Source: Octopus vulgaris (taxonomy: Eukaryota). Taken from it: a stretch of DNA of 64,000 bases. Numbering within the stretch: position 1 is the first letter of the stretch; every line of letters starts with the position of its first letter. The DNA is taken from assembly GCA_951406725.2 (NCBI GenBank), contig OX597823.1, forward strand, positions 70,122,001 through 70,186,000. The letters are read 5' to 3'. Shown here piece after piece: positions 1 through 13,294 of this stretch. The notes under the pieces were generated by a model. That model saw nothing but the letters and a program-made list of their open reading frames with translations, ran no database searches and was not told the DNA's origin. The position numbers and the translations under genes are program-made.

Positions 1-511
1 TTGCTAGCGATCTATCATAGCGAATATTTCATTTCATCTTCGTTACCTTTTTATTCCTGGGAAGGTCGTGGGGGAGGTGTCATCATGCATGTCATATATC
101 GGATCCTGTCAGAACCAACCGTCTCCAATTGATCCGGCAGGATCTTCAAGCGAGGCTAATGGAGCTCATGGAATGTTATCCAACCATCTTGCACGTGTTC
201 TACCGCTGGGTCTCTAGCCGGTTTGTTTCGTCCGTAAAACTTGTCCGGCAATTTTTTACCGCGATATTCTTACCACATGTATGTGTAAATGTATATCTGT
301 ATACACACACAGTTTCCAAATTCCTTCTCAAGGCATTGGCCGGTTCGGAGCTATAGTAGAAGATAATGTTTACCCAAAGTCTGCGCGGTGAGACTGAACC
401 CGACACCACGTAGTTATAAAACGAACTTAACCTCACGGCTATGTTTGCGCCTATATTACGATACTGATGACTAACATTCCTTTTATCGTTTTTTCTTATT
501 TTTTTTGCTGA

Positions 512-1885
512 AAAATTTGACGAAACTGGATCGTTTTAGAAATGAATATCAAATAAAATTTACTTGACCGAAGAAGGAAAATGGCAACCTCATTTCAAAG
601 AGGCTAATGACTGTCTAACATTTTTAATGAATAGAAATGCTGCTGGTCATTTAAAATTAAAACTCCTTGTTGATTTATCGATTGGAAAACCATATTCTCT
701 TAAAAGGTTCAGCAAGCATGCTCTATGGTTTATTGGAGATTAAATAGGAAAACGTGGATTACAAACCTTTATTTGAAGATTAGTTCAATTATTTGTCAAA
801 GCTATCGAAAAATAACAATGGGAGATAATGCAATTAATCTTAGAGGAACTTGAAGCTTAAGAATGCATTGAAAAATATTAATGAAGCACGGCGTGAGGTA
901 ACAGCCAGTAATACGAGAGCTGTTTAGAAAAATATAATTTCTCATTATGCAAAACATTTTCGTGGAGTTACAGGGGTCGCAACAGAAATCACTCATCTTG
1001 GTTTACAACTGATCTAAAATCGGCAATGATAGTATCAGTAAATTGCTTTGATTCGCATAGTGTAAGCCTCGATTATGAAGGTCTTTTGAATTTAAAGCAG
1101 GATCGTTCATATGATGAAGTTAATGACCAAAATAGAACATAATGCCGAGATGCAAAAGACAGTTTTTTTCCATACATCATCCCGTGATATACCCGAACAT
1201 ATAATCAATAATGTTTCCTGGGCTTATTATGTGCTTCAGATCTTTCAACATCAGATACCGTCACGTAAGTGAACCAACCGGATTTGATGAAACCCCAGCC
1301 TGTGGTGTCCAGCTAGCACTACACTAGATAACACTGCATCTTCCAGGACTCACACTTCCTGATCCGTGGCCACCTTGGAGCAATCTCTGTTGCCTCCACA
1401 ACCAATCTGACGGCCTTCAGCCTACTAACCTTAAGCCTACTGACCTCTGTCATGCCGAGTATACTGTAAGCTCTGTAGAAGAACTGGCCTGCAAACCTTC
1501 AACACCTTGCCTCGATGCGATCACACCTTGCCTGCCACCCAATTCTTTGGCATAACTCCAAAGCTCAACATATTTCCTCCTCTTAATCTTAACATCCCAG
1601 GGAACAGAGGGTTCTAACAAAACGACCTGTTTGGATGGTCTGAGATTAGCACCATATCCGGACTTAGTGATGTTCAGCCACAGTTTCTGAGAACTTCAGC
1701 TTCATTGGGATAAGGAATTTTTGAAGAAGAAAGACAGATGATTACGTATGTAAATTCAAATTTAGAGAGGGCAGCGCTCGCCAGAAGATAAATTGGAAAT
1801 GAGCACCTCGGAACTTACAGGAGCTGCCACAATTTGAAGAAGAAAATAAAATAGAAATTAGCATCACTAATGGGATTTTTTTCTA
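512..1885 (+). mobile_element. Degenerate Tigger/pogo transposase relic, interrupted by a LINE fragment
   Basis: Manual translation with stops/frameshifts: DETGSF*K*ISNKIYLTEEGKWQPHFKEANDCLTFLMNRNAAGHLKLK (cf. Tigger DETALFWKKMP..KASKDRLTLLLGANAAGDFKLK); C-terminal NSNLERAALARR..LKKK..SLMGFF at ~1750-1885. Confidence 0.7.
1180..1700 (-). mobile_element. 3' end of HERO-like RLE non-LTR retrotransposon
   Basis: Minus-strand translation SLSPDMVLI..SKQVVLLEPSVPWD..RKY...GQFFYRAYSILGMT..VEATEIAPRWPRIRK matches the PD..E.TVPW..RKxxKY restriction-like endonuclease C-terminus of HERO-type elements; short 3'UTR follows. Confidence 0.7.
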
Positions 1886-2231
1886 AAGAGTAATAAAAGC
1901 GTTTTATTTCATTGTTTTTTTCCCTTTTTACATATCTTGAAATAAGTCAATAAACTTATAAAGCATAAAACTGAGTCCAAACCATTAATATCCAAACGTT
2001 TTTTCAAACCCAAGTTTCAAAAGATTTAAAAATTAATATTTTTCAAAGTTTGTACATCAATTAATGACATATACTGTGATCTGTTTGAGACGCACTTTAC
2101 AGACAAATTTTGTCGTTAATGTGGTTGAATATCGTATCAAGAAAGAAAATTGAAGCCCCACTCAAAACGAATATTTTATAAATATAATTTCACATTCGGT
2201 ATTGTGTCTTTCAGTAAATGTTGTTGTAATA

Positions 2232-3517
2232 TTAGGTTGTTCCGAAAATAATAGCCACTCTGTGTTGTGTTTTTAAACGCAATTTTATTATAGTATTTTA
2301 ATTATATTTTTGGTGAATTTCAACACTTAATTGTTGATGTATGCTCTTTAATAATTTTCTTCTTATTTCAGACAGAAGACATTCTTGAAGCATAGATGCC
2401 CTTAATTATGAGCATGACAAAAATAGACTTTCGTTTACTTTTCTTGCAGGAGTTCAAGCTTGGGCACACTGCCTCCCAAACTGTTGCCAATATCAACAGA
2501 GCAAAGGAAGAGGGATCCGCAAATGACAGTACAGTACGAAGGTGGTTTCAGAAATTCTGTAGTGATGATGAGAGCCTTGAAGATGAAGAATGTAGAGGAC
2601 GGTCATGCAGTCTTGACAATGAACAATTGAAAGCAATTGTTAAACAAAACCCACGTCAAAGTGTCAGAGAAATGTCTCAGGCACTTGGTGTCGGTATTGC
2701 AACGGTCTCACGCAATCTGCAGAAGATTAGTAAGGTGAAAAATCTCGATAAATGGGTTTGCATGGGGTCAGTGTAGGTTAAAAAGTTCGCCTTTTTTGAA
2801 GTGTGCTCGATGCTCTTTCTGCGAAACACCAATGATCCTTTTCTTGACCGAATAGTCACTTGTGATGAAACTGGATCCTTTATGATAACCGTAAACGATC
2901 AGTTCAATAGTTTGATCGTGATGATTCTCCCAAACATTTCCCAAAACCAAAGTTGTCTCAGTAAAAGATTATGGTGACTGTCTGGTGGTCTGCAATTGGT
3001 GTTGTCCAATACAGCTTTCTGGAAGCCAATCAGAGCATTACAGAAGAGGTTTACTGCAATCAACTAGCTGAAATGCATGTTCACTTGCAAAACATGAGAC
3101 CTGCATTGGTGAATCAGCGTGGCCTAATTCTGCTTCACGATAATGCAAAGCCACATGTTACAAGAATGACGCTGCAGAAACTCACAGACTTGGGATACGA
3201 GACTTTACCATATCCTCTATATTCTCCTGGTCTTTCACCCACTGACTACCATTTTTTTTTTTTTTTTAGCATTTCAGCACGTTTTTAAGTGATGCAACTT
3301 TCAGGTCCAGACTAGAGGTGGAATCAGCTTTCAAAGATTTCTTAGCATCAAAGCCAATAAGTTTTTATCAACGACGCATAAATAATCTCGTTGATCGATG
3401 GCAGAGATGCATAAATGTTCATGGCTCATACTTTGACTAATCAAAACATTTCTATTGTTGATTTGTTCCAGAATAAAATTGTTTCTAAAATCGGCCATTA
3501 TTTTCGGAACCAGCTAA
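2232..3517 (+). mobile_element. Full-length mariner (Hsmar1/cecropia-like), 1286 bp, TA target-site duplication
   Basis: TIRs ttaggttgttccgaaaataatagcc / ggccattattttcggaaccagctaa; TA at 2230-2231 and 3518-3519; transposase motifs inside. Confidence 0.93.
2396..3440 (+). pseudogene. Inactivated mariner D,D34D transposase
   Basis: HTH region (TVRRWFQKF..SLEDE..GR), damaged WVPHEL (WVCMG), IVTCDE, HDNAKPH, YSPGLSPTDYHFF, C-terminal GSYFD*; frameshifts, internal stops, poly-T expansion at ~3253-3267. Confidence 0.9.
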
Positions 3518-3544
3518 TATTTTAAAATAATACTTACTAATATA

Positions 3545-3742
3545 AGCACAAGGCCTGAGATTTTGTAGGAGGAGGATAATCAATTACATTGATCCCAGTG
3601 ATCGACTGGTACTTTTTTCATCGACCCGGGAAGGATGAACGGTAAAGTCGCACTCAGCAAGATTTGAACTTAGAATATAAAGATGGGCGAAATACCGCTA
3701 AGCATTTTGTCAGGCGCGGTAATGATTGTCAGCTCGCTGCCT
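3545..3742 (-). mobile_element. tRNA-derived SINE family B (core gcctttcatcctttcggggtcgataaattaagtaccag), diverged
   Basis: Similarity to the many family-B copies in the window. Confidence 0.7.
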
Positions 3743-4029
3743 TAAAAGCAACAACCCTAAAATATAGGTTGTAATAAGTATAACAATAACTGATGAAGCA
3801 GGCTTTGTTATACTTCGAGGTGGTCATTTTTGCCAATTAAACACAGGCACTATAGTTCAAGAGTCCGATGATGGCTTAATTGGCTGAAACTTCGACGTCA
3901 CAGTCAATAACATTCTTGCTTAAGAATCTATATGTGTGTGTATGTGTGTGTATGTATACACATACTTACATGCATGCACATGTACATATATACATGCATC
4001 CACATATACACATATAAATACGTATATGC

Positions 4030-4850
<821 letters not shown>

Positions 4851-4904
4851 ATACTAATACATACACCAACTAATACATACTAATACGTACTAATACATAC
4901 TAAT

Positions 4905-5222
4905 ACATACTAATACATACTAATACATACACCAACCCTATACATACACACGTCCAGACCTCTCATACGCACTAATACTCTCTCATACACACACACACAC
5001 ACACTTATACATACTAATACGTACTAATACATACTAATACATACACCAACCCTATACATACACACGTCCAGACCTCTCATACGCACTAATACTCTCTCAT
5101 ACACACACACACACACACACCCTTATACATACTAATACATACTAATACATACACCAACCCTATACATACACACGTCCAGACCTCTCATACGCACTAATAC
5201 TCTCTCATACACACACACACAC
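4905..5222. repeat. Three tandem copies of a ~110-120 bp unit (catacaccaaccctatacatacacacgtccagacctctcatacgcactaatactctctc(ac)n)
   Basis: Unit visible three times. Confidence 0.9.
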
Positions 5223-5224
5223 CC

Positions 5225-5535
5225 TCATGTTGGAGCTGGTCATTCAACCCTATTATCAACCCTATTATCTCCCCTTATTTCGCTCTCGCGTCTCATGTTT
5301 GATCTTTGACCTCTGGCCGAAATCAGATCGCCATGTTGATTCGTTAGTTACTGCACGCATTTTTTTCTCTCCTTCTTTCTGTGTTTTTTTCTCTCTGTGT
5401 ATCTTTCTGTTGAAGAGCGTAGGCTCGAAACGTTAAAGACTTGTTTTATTTATATTTCCTGAGCGCCATACTAATACAATTGTTTGTTTGTTTCCCACCT
5501 GCCTTCGTCTTTTGTCTATTTTCATAAAGCTTCCC

Positions 5536-5536
<1 letters not shown>
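5225..5536 (+). mobile_element. (TA)n-anchored short retroelement (Penelope-like terminal segment) carrying a hammerhead-like motif
   Basis: Related copies at 37729-37913 and 51697-51889, fragment at 20940-20978; variable 5' ends; 3' end runs into (TA)n. Confidence 0.65.
5402..5439 (+). ncRNA. Hammerhead-like motif with non-canonical core CUGUUGA
   Basis: tcttt-CTGTTGA-a-GAGC gtag GCTC-GAAA-cg-TT-aaaga: stems I and II perfect, palindromic ACGT stem III. Confidence 0.5.
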
Positions 5537-5590
<54 letters not shown>

Positions 5591-5633
5591 TACATACATA
5601 TATACATACATACATATATATATACATACATAT

Positions 5634-5679
<46 letters not shown>

Positions 5680-6069
5680 GTGTGTGTGCGTGTGTGTGAT
5701 GGGTTTTCAGACAGTACCCTTCCTCTACCAAATTCGCTCACAAGGCATTGGTTGACCCGATGTCATACAAGAATACACTTACCCAAGTTGCTGTACAGTG
5801 AGACTAAACCAGAAACCACAATGTGCTTATGATTTATACAGACATATCTTCTAGAAACATGGATCGATGACAAAAGAAAATACATAGAATTTGTATTGTT
5901 TCAATATGTATATTTTGCTTTATTTTTCACGTGTCATTTCGTACATGTTATTTAATATATTATCGCTCGAAAATTGAATTATTCTATTCCATTTAACCAT
6001 TTGCTAAACTTAACGTGAAAAATATTCCCGTTTTATTGTTATATTCCTGAAATATTCTTTCCCATAGAT

Positions 6070-6203
6070 ACATACATATATGCATACATACATATATATT
6101 ATATATCTCTGTGTGTGTGTGTATATTTGTATAAGTATATATATATATAAACATATATACTTATGCATGTATATATGTATATACAGATATGTATATACAT
6201 GTG

Positions 6204-6242
<39 letters not shown>

Positions 6243-6457
6243 ATATATATATGTATGTATATATACATGTGTATGTATATATATATATATATATGTATGT
6301 ATATATACATGTGTATGTATATATATATATATGTATATATACATGTGTATGTATATATATATATGTATGTATATATACATGTGTATGTATATATACATGT
6401 GTATGTATATATATATATGAATGTATATATACATGTGTGTATATATATATATGTATG

Positions 6458-6491
<34 letters not shown>

Positions 6492-6606
6492 CATGTATAT
6501 GTATATACATTTATATATATGTACATGTATATATATATATACACATATGTATGTATATACACATATGTATGTATATATACATATACATGTATATGTATAT
6601 ACATGT

Positions 6607-6640
<34 letters not shown>

Positions 6641-6780
6641 GTATATACGTGTATATATGTATATACACTTATATGTATATGCATATATATATACATATGT
6701 ATACATGTATATATATATATATGTGAGTGTACATGTAAATTACATGTATATGATATATATATATATATATATATATATTA
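6070..6780. repeat. Compound (TA)n/(TATG)n microsatellite
   Basis: Direct inspection. Confidence 0.95.
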
Positions 6781-7396
6781 TACACCACACATACAGAGAT
6801 AAAAGGGTTTTACAATATCAATAGTTCCTCCAACGTGCTACTTTAATATTACAAAAAAAAACTGAATGTCTTCTAAAATTAAACTAAATGACGAGGGTAA
6901 AAGAAATATTTATTTGTAGTTAGTTATAGCTAAATAATTGATTTTTCTTTTCGTTGCATAACGTTTTGCTAGACAAACAATGTTTGAAGCAAAGAAGAAA
7001 AAAAAAGCAAAAATAAACGTATATAAAACGAGAACAGAACATTAAAACCACAATACATGAAATGAAATATATTATTAAGAGAGGAGGGTTATAATAGTTT
7101 GGAGTGTTTGAAACCTTCCTTTGAAACTTTGAATTTTTAAACTGAATAGATAAGGTTCACAAGAGTTCAATACGATATGCAGTTATGATACAAATGCACA
7201 CTCATACAGTCGCATTAGCATGCGCTTAAACGCAAAGATACATGGTGTGGATGGTGGGGAGGAATTATTCAATGCAGGTATTAGAGTTTATTCGTTCATT
7301 CAAAGCTTAGAGTTCATTCATACTTTGAATTTCCCGTTTCCTAAACACACGCACGTTTTTTTTCTCTCTCTCTCTCTCTCTTTATCTCTCTCTCTA

Positions 7397-7456
<60 letters not shown>

Positions 7457-7530
7457 AAACATACGCGCACGTGCGTACGCATATAAGCATGCAATACATA
7501 TGTGTATATATACATAAATAAATGTATATA

Positions 7531-7932
7531 GGAGCAGGAGTGGCTGTGTGGTAAATAGCTTGCTTACGAACCACATGGTTTCGGGTTCATTCCCACTGCG
7601 TGGCACCTTGGGCAAGTGTCTTCTACTATAGCCTCGGGCCGACCAAAGCCTTGTGAGTGGATTTTATTAGACGGAAACTGAAAGAAGCCCGTCGTATATA
7701 TGTATGTATGTATGTGTGTGTTTATGTGTTTGTGTTTGTGCACCCAGCATCGCTTGACAACCGATGCTGGTGTGTTTACGTCTCCGTAACATGGCGGTTC
7801 AGCAAAAGAGACCGATAGAATAAGTACTAGGCTTACAAAGAATAAGTCCTGGGGGTCGATTTGCTCGACCAAAAGCGGTGCTCCAGCATGGCCACAGTCA
7901 AATGACTGAAACAAGTAAAAGAGTAAAAGAGT
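7531..7932 (+). mobile_element. tRNA-derived SINE family A (Octopus-type), full length
   Basis: A box tggctgtgtggt, B box gggttcattccc, ccttgggcaagtg core, internal TA/TG tract, (gagtaaaa)n tail. Confidence 0.9.
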
Positions 7933-9973
7933 ATAGGTATGTGTCTGTGTTGTCGGAGATGCACGCACATACACACGTGTCTATATGAATGTGTGCATGT
8001 GTGTATATGTGTGTGTAAAGTAAATTGCATATATATTATATGTACACATGTGCGTGTATACAAGTGTATAACTCAGTGAGTTCTATGATGCGTTTTTTGT
8101 TTGTCACTGGGGCTGGTTGTTTCTATTGTTTTGTTTTTTGGTGGGGAGGATGATAATCTTATATAATAAAACAGAGTTTGTGTGTGTATGGGCGCGCGCG
8201 TATAATCCTTATGGATTCGAAAACTGAATTGCTGATTTTGACGTATGAAGTATCACAAGATTCAGTAATTTTTCGGCTACGAAATAAAGTATGTCTTTGG
8301 CACAACTCTTTTTTCACTACTCTTTTTTATTACAAAAATAACCTCGAAGACAAGGTCGGCTCGCGCAATTTTAGGTCTTTAGCTAAGGGAGGCAACTCTG
8401 CCTGAACAATCTTAAAATTCATAGAGTTTTACAAGGGAATGAAACTTCGAAGATATACCGTCAACTTTATTAGTATTATTTAGTAGATAATCTTTTAATG
8501 TGAAGTATGTTTGTCTGTGTTTTGTTCAGCCAAGACTTGCCTTTCATGTAGCAGGTCCTTCGCATAGTTTTTTGTTTTTTTCTTTTCTTCCTGAAATACT
8601 GTATCTGTCTTTCTTTTGATGAAAGGGTGTGTGTTTAAAGAGAGATTTGGTGGTGGTGATGTGGTATTTGGATAGTGAAGAGTGCATCTTTTAATTGAAC
8701 TGAGTTTTTATATCACCTATCACTTAACGCATGCGCTTTAGTGCAATTTCGTGATATATTCACGATTATTTACGTGGCAGATATATGCATTTTAACTAAA
8801 GGTTGTATCATATGTACGGGATATTTCTTTTTATTGTTTGTTTGTTTATGGAGAAAATGGAAAAATAAGAGTGAATATTTATTTTGTGAGTGCTGTATAT
8901 TAAGTCTATAAAATTGTGCATAATGTATATAAAGTCACTAAGTAAACATCGTATTCTAATTTGTTTCACTTTTCAGTGAGTAGCAAATGAGCGACTTCCT
9001 TTCCATATAGACACAACAGAGGTTACGCTTTCAGATTTTTTTAATAAAATTTTCAGAAATAATCTAATAGGTTTACCATTAACTTCGTGAAATATTCGCG
9101 GGTTCCGATAGTAAACATATAATTTTAACATCGATTTAATAAGTAAATAAAATTGTTACACCAAAAGTTTTTTTTCTATCCGAGAGCAGAAAAAATGGAA
9201 GGAACCTGACCTTCATCAGAGTAGTATACCTATCTTAGGTGCAACACGGGTATTCATTGAATGTTCACACTGGGGCTCAAGTAATCTGGTCAGCCTAATT
9301 TGCATAACTGGCCCTTGCTCCATCAAATATCCTCTCACTATAAATAAGGAATTTATTTTCCCCACATCCAGCATTATTCACACCCGTACATATGCGCAAC
9401 TGCATGTATCCTTTAAAATCCCCTTCCCTACCTCTCTACCCACTTCTATCTCTCTCTTCCCCTCTCACCCTTTGACCCTCACCCTTACCCTCGTTTCATC
9501 TCACAATCATATATGTAAAAAAAACTGGGTTGAAGAATTACCACTTGAATGCTGGCGTGCAGGTCATTAGCTAAAAGAGCCCAATCTATGGAACATAATT
9601 TTGACTGGTTTAAGAGCCAGACAAGATTGTTTTATGTTTTGACAGTCTTTTTTTTATCCATGTGCTTCGTTCCGATTTTTCACATCTCTGACACCCATAA
9701 ACTGGGTGTGATAGTTTCATGCCTCCAGTAATAAAGAACCCAAGTTTTTTACTCAATTATATCCGATGACTGTTAATTTACTTTTCTACACTTAGAATGA
9801 TCGCCAAAAAGAAACTTTTCGGTAACATGAATCGATTGTTATTAGAATAAATTCATAATGTTGTATAATGTGTACACTTATTCATATATAACATGCACGA
9901 GCCCAAAATAACGTTTTTCTGTGAAGGTTGCTAGCCTATGGCACATGCACCAAAAGTGATACTCTCTCTCTCT

Positions 9974-10178
9974 CTCTTTATTCTTTTACTTGTTTCAGTC
10001 ATTTGACTGCGGCCATGCTGGAGCACCGCCTTTAGTCGAGCAAATCGACCCCGGGACTTATTCTTTGTAAGCCCAGTACTTATTCTATCGGTTTCTTTTG
10101 CCGAACCGCTAAATGACGGGGACGTAAACACACCAGCATCGGTTGTCAAGCAATGCTAAGGAGACAAACACAAACACA

Positions 10179-10247
<69 letters not shown>

Positions 10248-10402
10248 CAGGCTTTTTTCAGTTTCCGTCTACCAAATCCACTCACAAGGCATTGGTCGGC
10301 CCGGGGCTATAGCAGAAGACACTTGCCCAAGATGCCACGCAGTAGGACTGAACCCAGAACCATGAGGTTGGTTAGCAAGCTACTTACTACACAGCCACTC
10401 CT
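9974..10402 (-). mobile_element. SINE family A, full length
   Basis: Reverse complement of the 7531-7932 family. Confidence 0.9.
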
Positions 10403-11059
10403 GTATTGAATTATTAAAAATATTGCATTGCACATCCATATATCTATGCAATACAAACCAAAACCCTGCTCAGCTACATTACCTTTTCACCGATTGCATA
10501 TATGTGTGTGCAAATTGTTATGCTCACCTCTTTTGCGGAGGTAGGCAAATGACAAACTGCATGTTAGATTGTCTTCGCCAGTACATTTTGATTATATGTT
10601 CACTACATCATTGACAGAAGTCAGTTCACTTTTGATAATAATACGCTATTTGAAAAAAAATTGGTGGTTTCGTCTGTGACACTTTTCATGATAAAAGGAA
10701 GGGAGAGCGACCGTGAATACAGGTAGCTGAAAGGATTTCCGGAATAACGTTATTCGACAACGTGTGGTGCACAGAGATTTAAAAGTCTCTCCGACCTGAG
10801 CTGCTTCTTCTCGGCATTGAGAGGTCCAAGGCTTCTGACTATAGACAAGATATTAGAATGTCGCAGGAAAGAATCGAACGACTGATTCTTCAATTCGAGT
10901 CAACCGGTTAAGAGACTTGGAGCTACGTCATAAATGAGATGGTTGGATAGTAATCAAAGTTTCACTTGGTCGCGCTCGTGAATCCAGCCAGAAAGCCTAA
11001 TAACGGTTGCTTTTTATAAGACCCTAAGGAGGAGGTAACTGAGGATTCTATTATAGCAG

Positions 11060-11261
11060 GCCGGGCGAGATGTGTAGCCGTATTTCGTCTGTCGTTACGT
11101 TCCGAGTTCAAATTCCGCCGAGATCGACTTTGCCTTTCATCCTTTCGGGGTCGATAAATTAAGTACCAGTTACGCACTGGGGTCGATGTAATCGACTTAA
11201 TCCCTTTGTCTTTCCTTGTTTGTCCTCTCTGTGTTTAGCCCCTTGTGGGTAGTAAAGAAAT
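11060..11261 (+). mobile_element. SINE family B, 5' truncated
   Basis: gttccgagttcaaattccgccgag..gcctttcatcctttcggggtcgataaattaagtaccag..gtagtaaagaaata. Confidence 0.85.
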
Positions 11262-11399
11262 ATATTATCACGACACTCCTAGGGATAGTGGGCAAAGACG
11301 ATGGGTGACTGGATGGATTTGTGCTTTGTTTGTCCTTTAAGAATAGGTGCAGGTTTGTACTTCTTTCGAACATTAAAGTTTTTAAAAAAGTTTATATTT

Positions 11400-13150
11400 T
11401 ACCATCATAGTGGATCAAAAATATCTTTTTAAAAATAGAAAGCAATAGTAAGCGTGAATCCAATGAACAGTTGAAAACGAAGGCTTTTATGGTTTGTCCT
11501 TCAGAAAACCCATTTTATGAAAATGATTTATCACGTAATAGAAAACATGATCTCAATAAGAGTTACAAATCATACCAGACCAAAAAATAGAAAGGGAACT
11601 AAAGCCAGTGTTTGTGTCTGAATTACAGAAACGATGTAAGGATGAAACAAGAAATCAAAACAAGGCATAATATATTTATATATTATATATCTTTATTGAA
11701 ATAAATTGTGGAAATTTGGCTTTGAAAGAAACATTCCTCGAAATTTCATTACCGTTGATCAAAAAAAAAGTAAAACGAAAACTTTTGTGGTGAAAAAGAA
11801 ATTGTTACATCTTGTATCCAAATGTAAGCAAGATAGCTTAATGATTAAAATATCAAAAGAAATTAATCTGTCAAAGCAGTTAGGAAACTCACAGAAGATA
11901 TCTCTTGTGATGTCTATGAATATCTGAAAAGCTTTTTTTCATATTTGGTTTTATTTTCATAATTTTTGACTGAATCTGACGATATACGTGATATAGACTC
12001 CCGATAAGCACTTTTATAGAGGAATGTATGGCAATTTTACAGTTTTGAAGAACTTATTGGTTTTTAATTGTTTCACAAAGTAAAGCCATTTTTAGAAAAT
12101 TTACATTTCCAATAAATTTGTTAGGTTTTATACTGAAAGAATTCTGCCGATAGCCGATGAAGCCGTGGGGCTACAACTTGGTTTAAATATTTTTTCTTAA
12201 CTGCTTCTTCTAAAATACCACAGCATTATATTTCAAGAGCTATTATCTGGGAAAAAAAACTTTAATCTTGTCGAATGCTATGTTAACGATCTTGAAATGA
12301 GTGAGTAAAATTAGAACAAGAGCATTTAACGGGAGAAAATTCAGCTAATATTACAAAATGTTAAATTTGGAACACAGCAATCTTGAAATGTGCAGTTTTG
12401 CTGGAGGACAGATTCTGAATAGATTTTGGAAATTGAAATACACTGTTCATAATTTTCTAGAAGAGAAAAATGAACTGTCCAAAGAAAGAACAATTTTATG
12501 TAATAACAACTGGCTATTTAGTTGATGTGACCAGTCATCTCAATTACCTAAACCTGAAGCCGCAGAGCAAGAACAAATTGTTTCCTAGTTTAGTAAATGA
12601 TATGAATGCATTCACCTTGAAACATTTAGAGGTAAAACTGTTTATCTCTCAGCTATTTACCATGATGATAAATAAAAGAGTAAATGTTCTGGTGATAATG
12701 GCAATTTTTATAAACTAGGACGAAAAAATCAGATTGCTGCAAGTCATTTGAAAGTCATTTTTGTAATCTTGCTAAATGAGTTTGCACTTTCAGATTCATA
12801 AACCTATTTTTACTTCGTGCAAAATAATTATGAAAATGGCTACAAATGTAATTTGTTGAGTTAAAAACAAATTCATTATTAAAAATGAAACTCCACTCAA
12901 ATGTTCTTGACATGATGAATTTCTGACAATCATTTACCCTGTTAATGCATTTCTAAGAAAATTTTCCCGCATTTATACCTGTCATCTCAGAACGACGTAC
13001 AGATGTGAACCGACATTTTTTATCCATAAAACTAATGAAAACATGACTTGTTCAAACCTGAAGAATTCTCTACTCTCCTCTGTAACTAAATTAACTCCAA
13101 ACCTTAAAAGCTTAACCAAGTCAAAACAAACTAAAAAAAAAACTTCATTA
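11400..13150 (+). mobile_element. Highly degenerate hAT (Charlie/SPIN/GTF2IRD2-like) transposase relic
   Basis: ORF 12470-12718 YLVDVTSHLNYLNLKPQSKNKLFPSLVNDMNAF matches LAFLVDITxHLNxLNLKLQGKNKL; ends approximate. Confidence 0.65.
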
Positions 13151-13197
13151 CCGTTTACGTCGTGTATTTTGTAATATTAAATCATAGTATCACGCAA

Positions 13198-13292
13198 GAA
13201 GGCGCATGGTTCAGTGGCTAGATCGTCGGGCTTACAATCATATGGTAGTGAGTTCGATTCCTGGACCGGCTGTATGTTATGTTCTTAAGCAA
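13198..13292 (+). mobile_element. 5' head of tRNA-derived SINE family D, truncated
   Basis: gaaggcgcatggttcagtggctag..gagttcgattcctggaccggctgtatgttatgttcttaagcaag; same head as 51918 and 53998(-). Confidence 0.7.
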
Positions 13293-13294
13293 GT

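Noticed and set aside
7531-7605. tRNA-like sequences (also 47070, 51918, 60340-60412)
   Set aside because: A/B boxes belong to SINE heads followed by SINE bodies, some with TSDs; no complete cloverleaf evident.
8155-9270. Possible Helitron (TC..tatataaa start, gcaacacggg end)
   Set aside because: Termini too degenerate and no CTAG end or hairpin could be confirmed.
10731-10798. VVHRDLK kinase-like peptide on the + strand
   Set aside because: Bounded by stops within ~22 codons, lacks the preceding YLH motif and good splice sites; no other kinase exons found.
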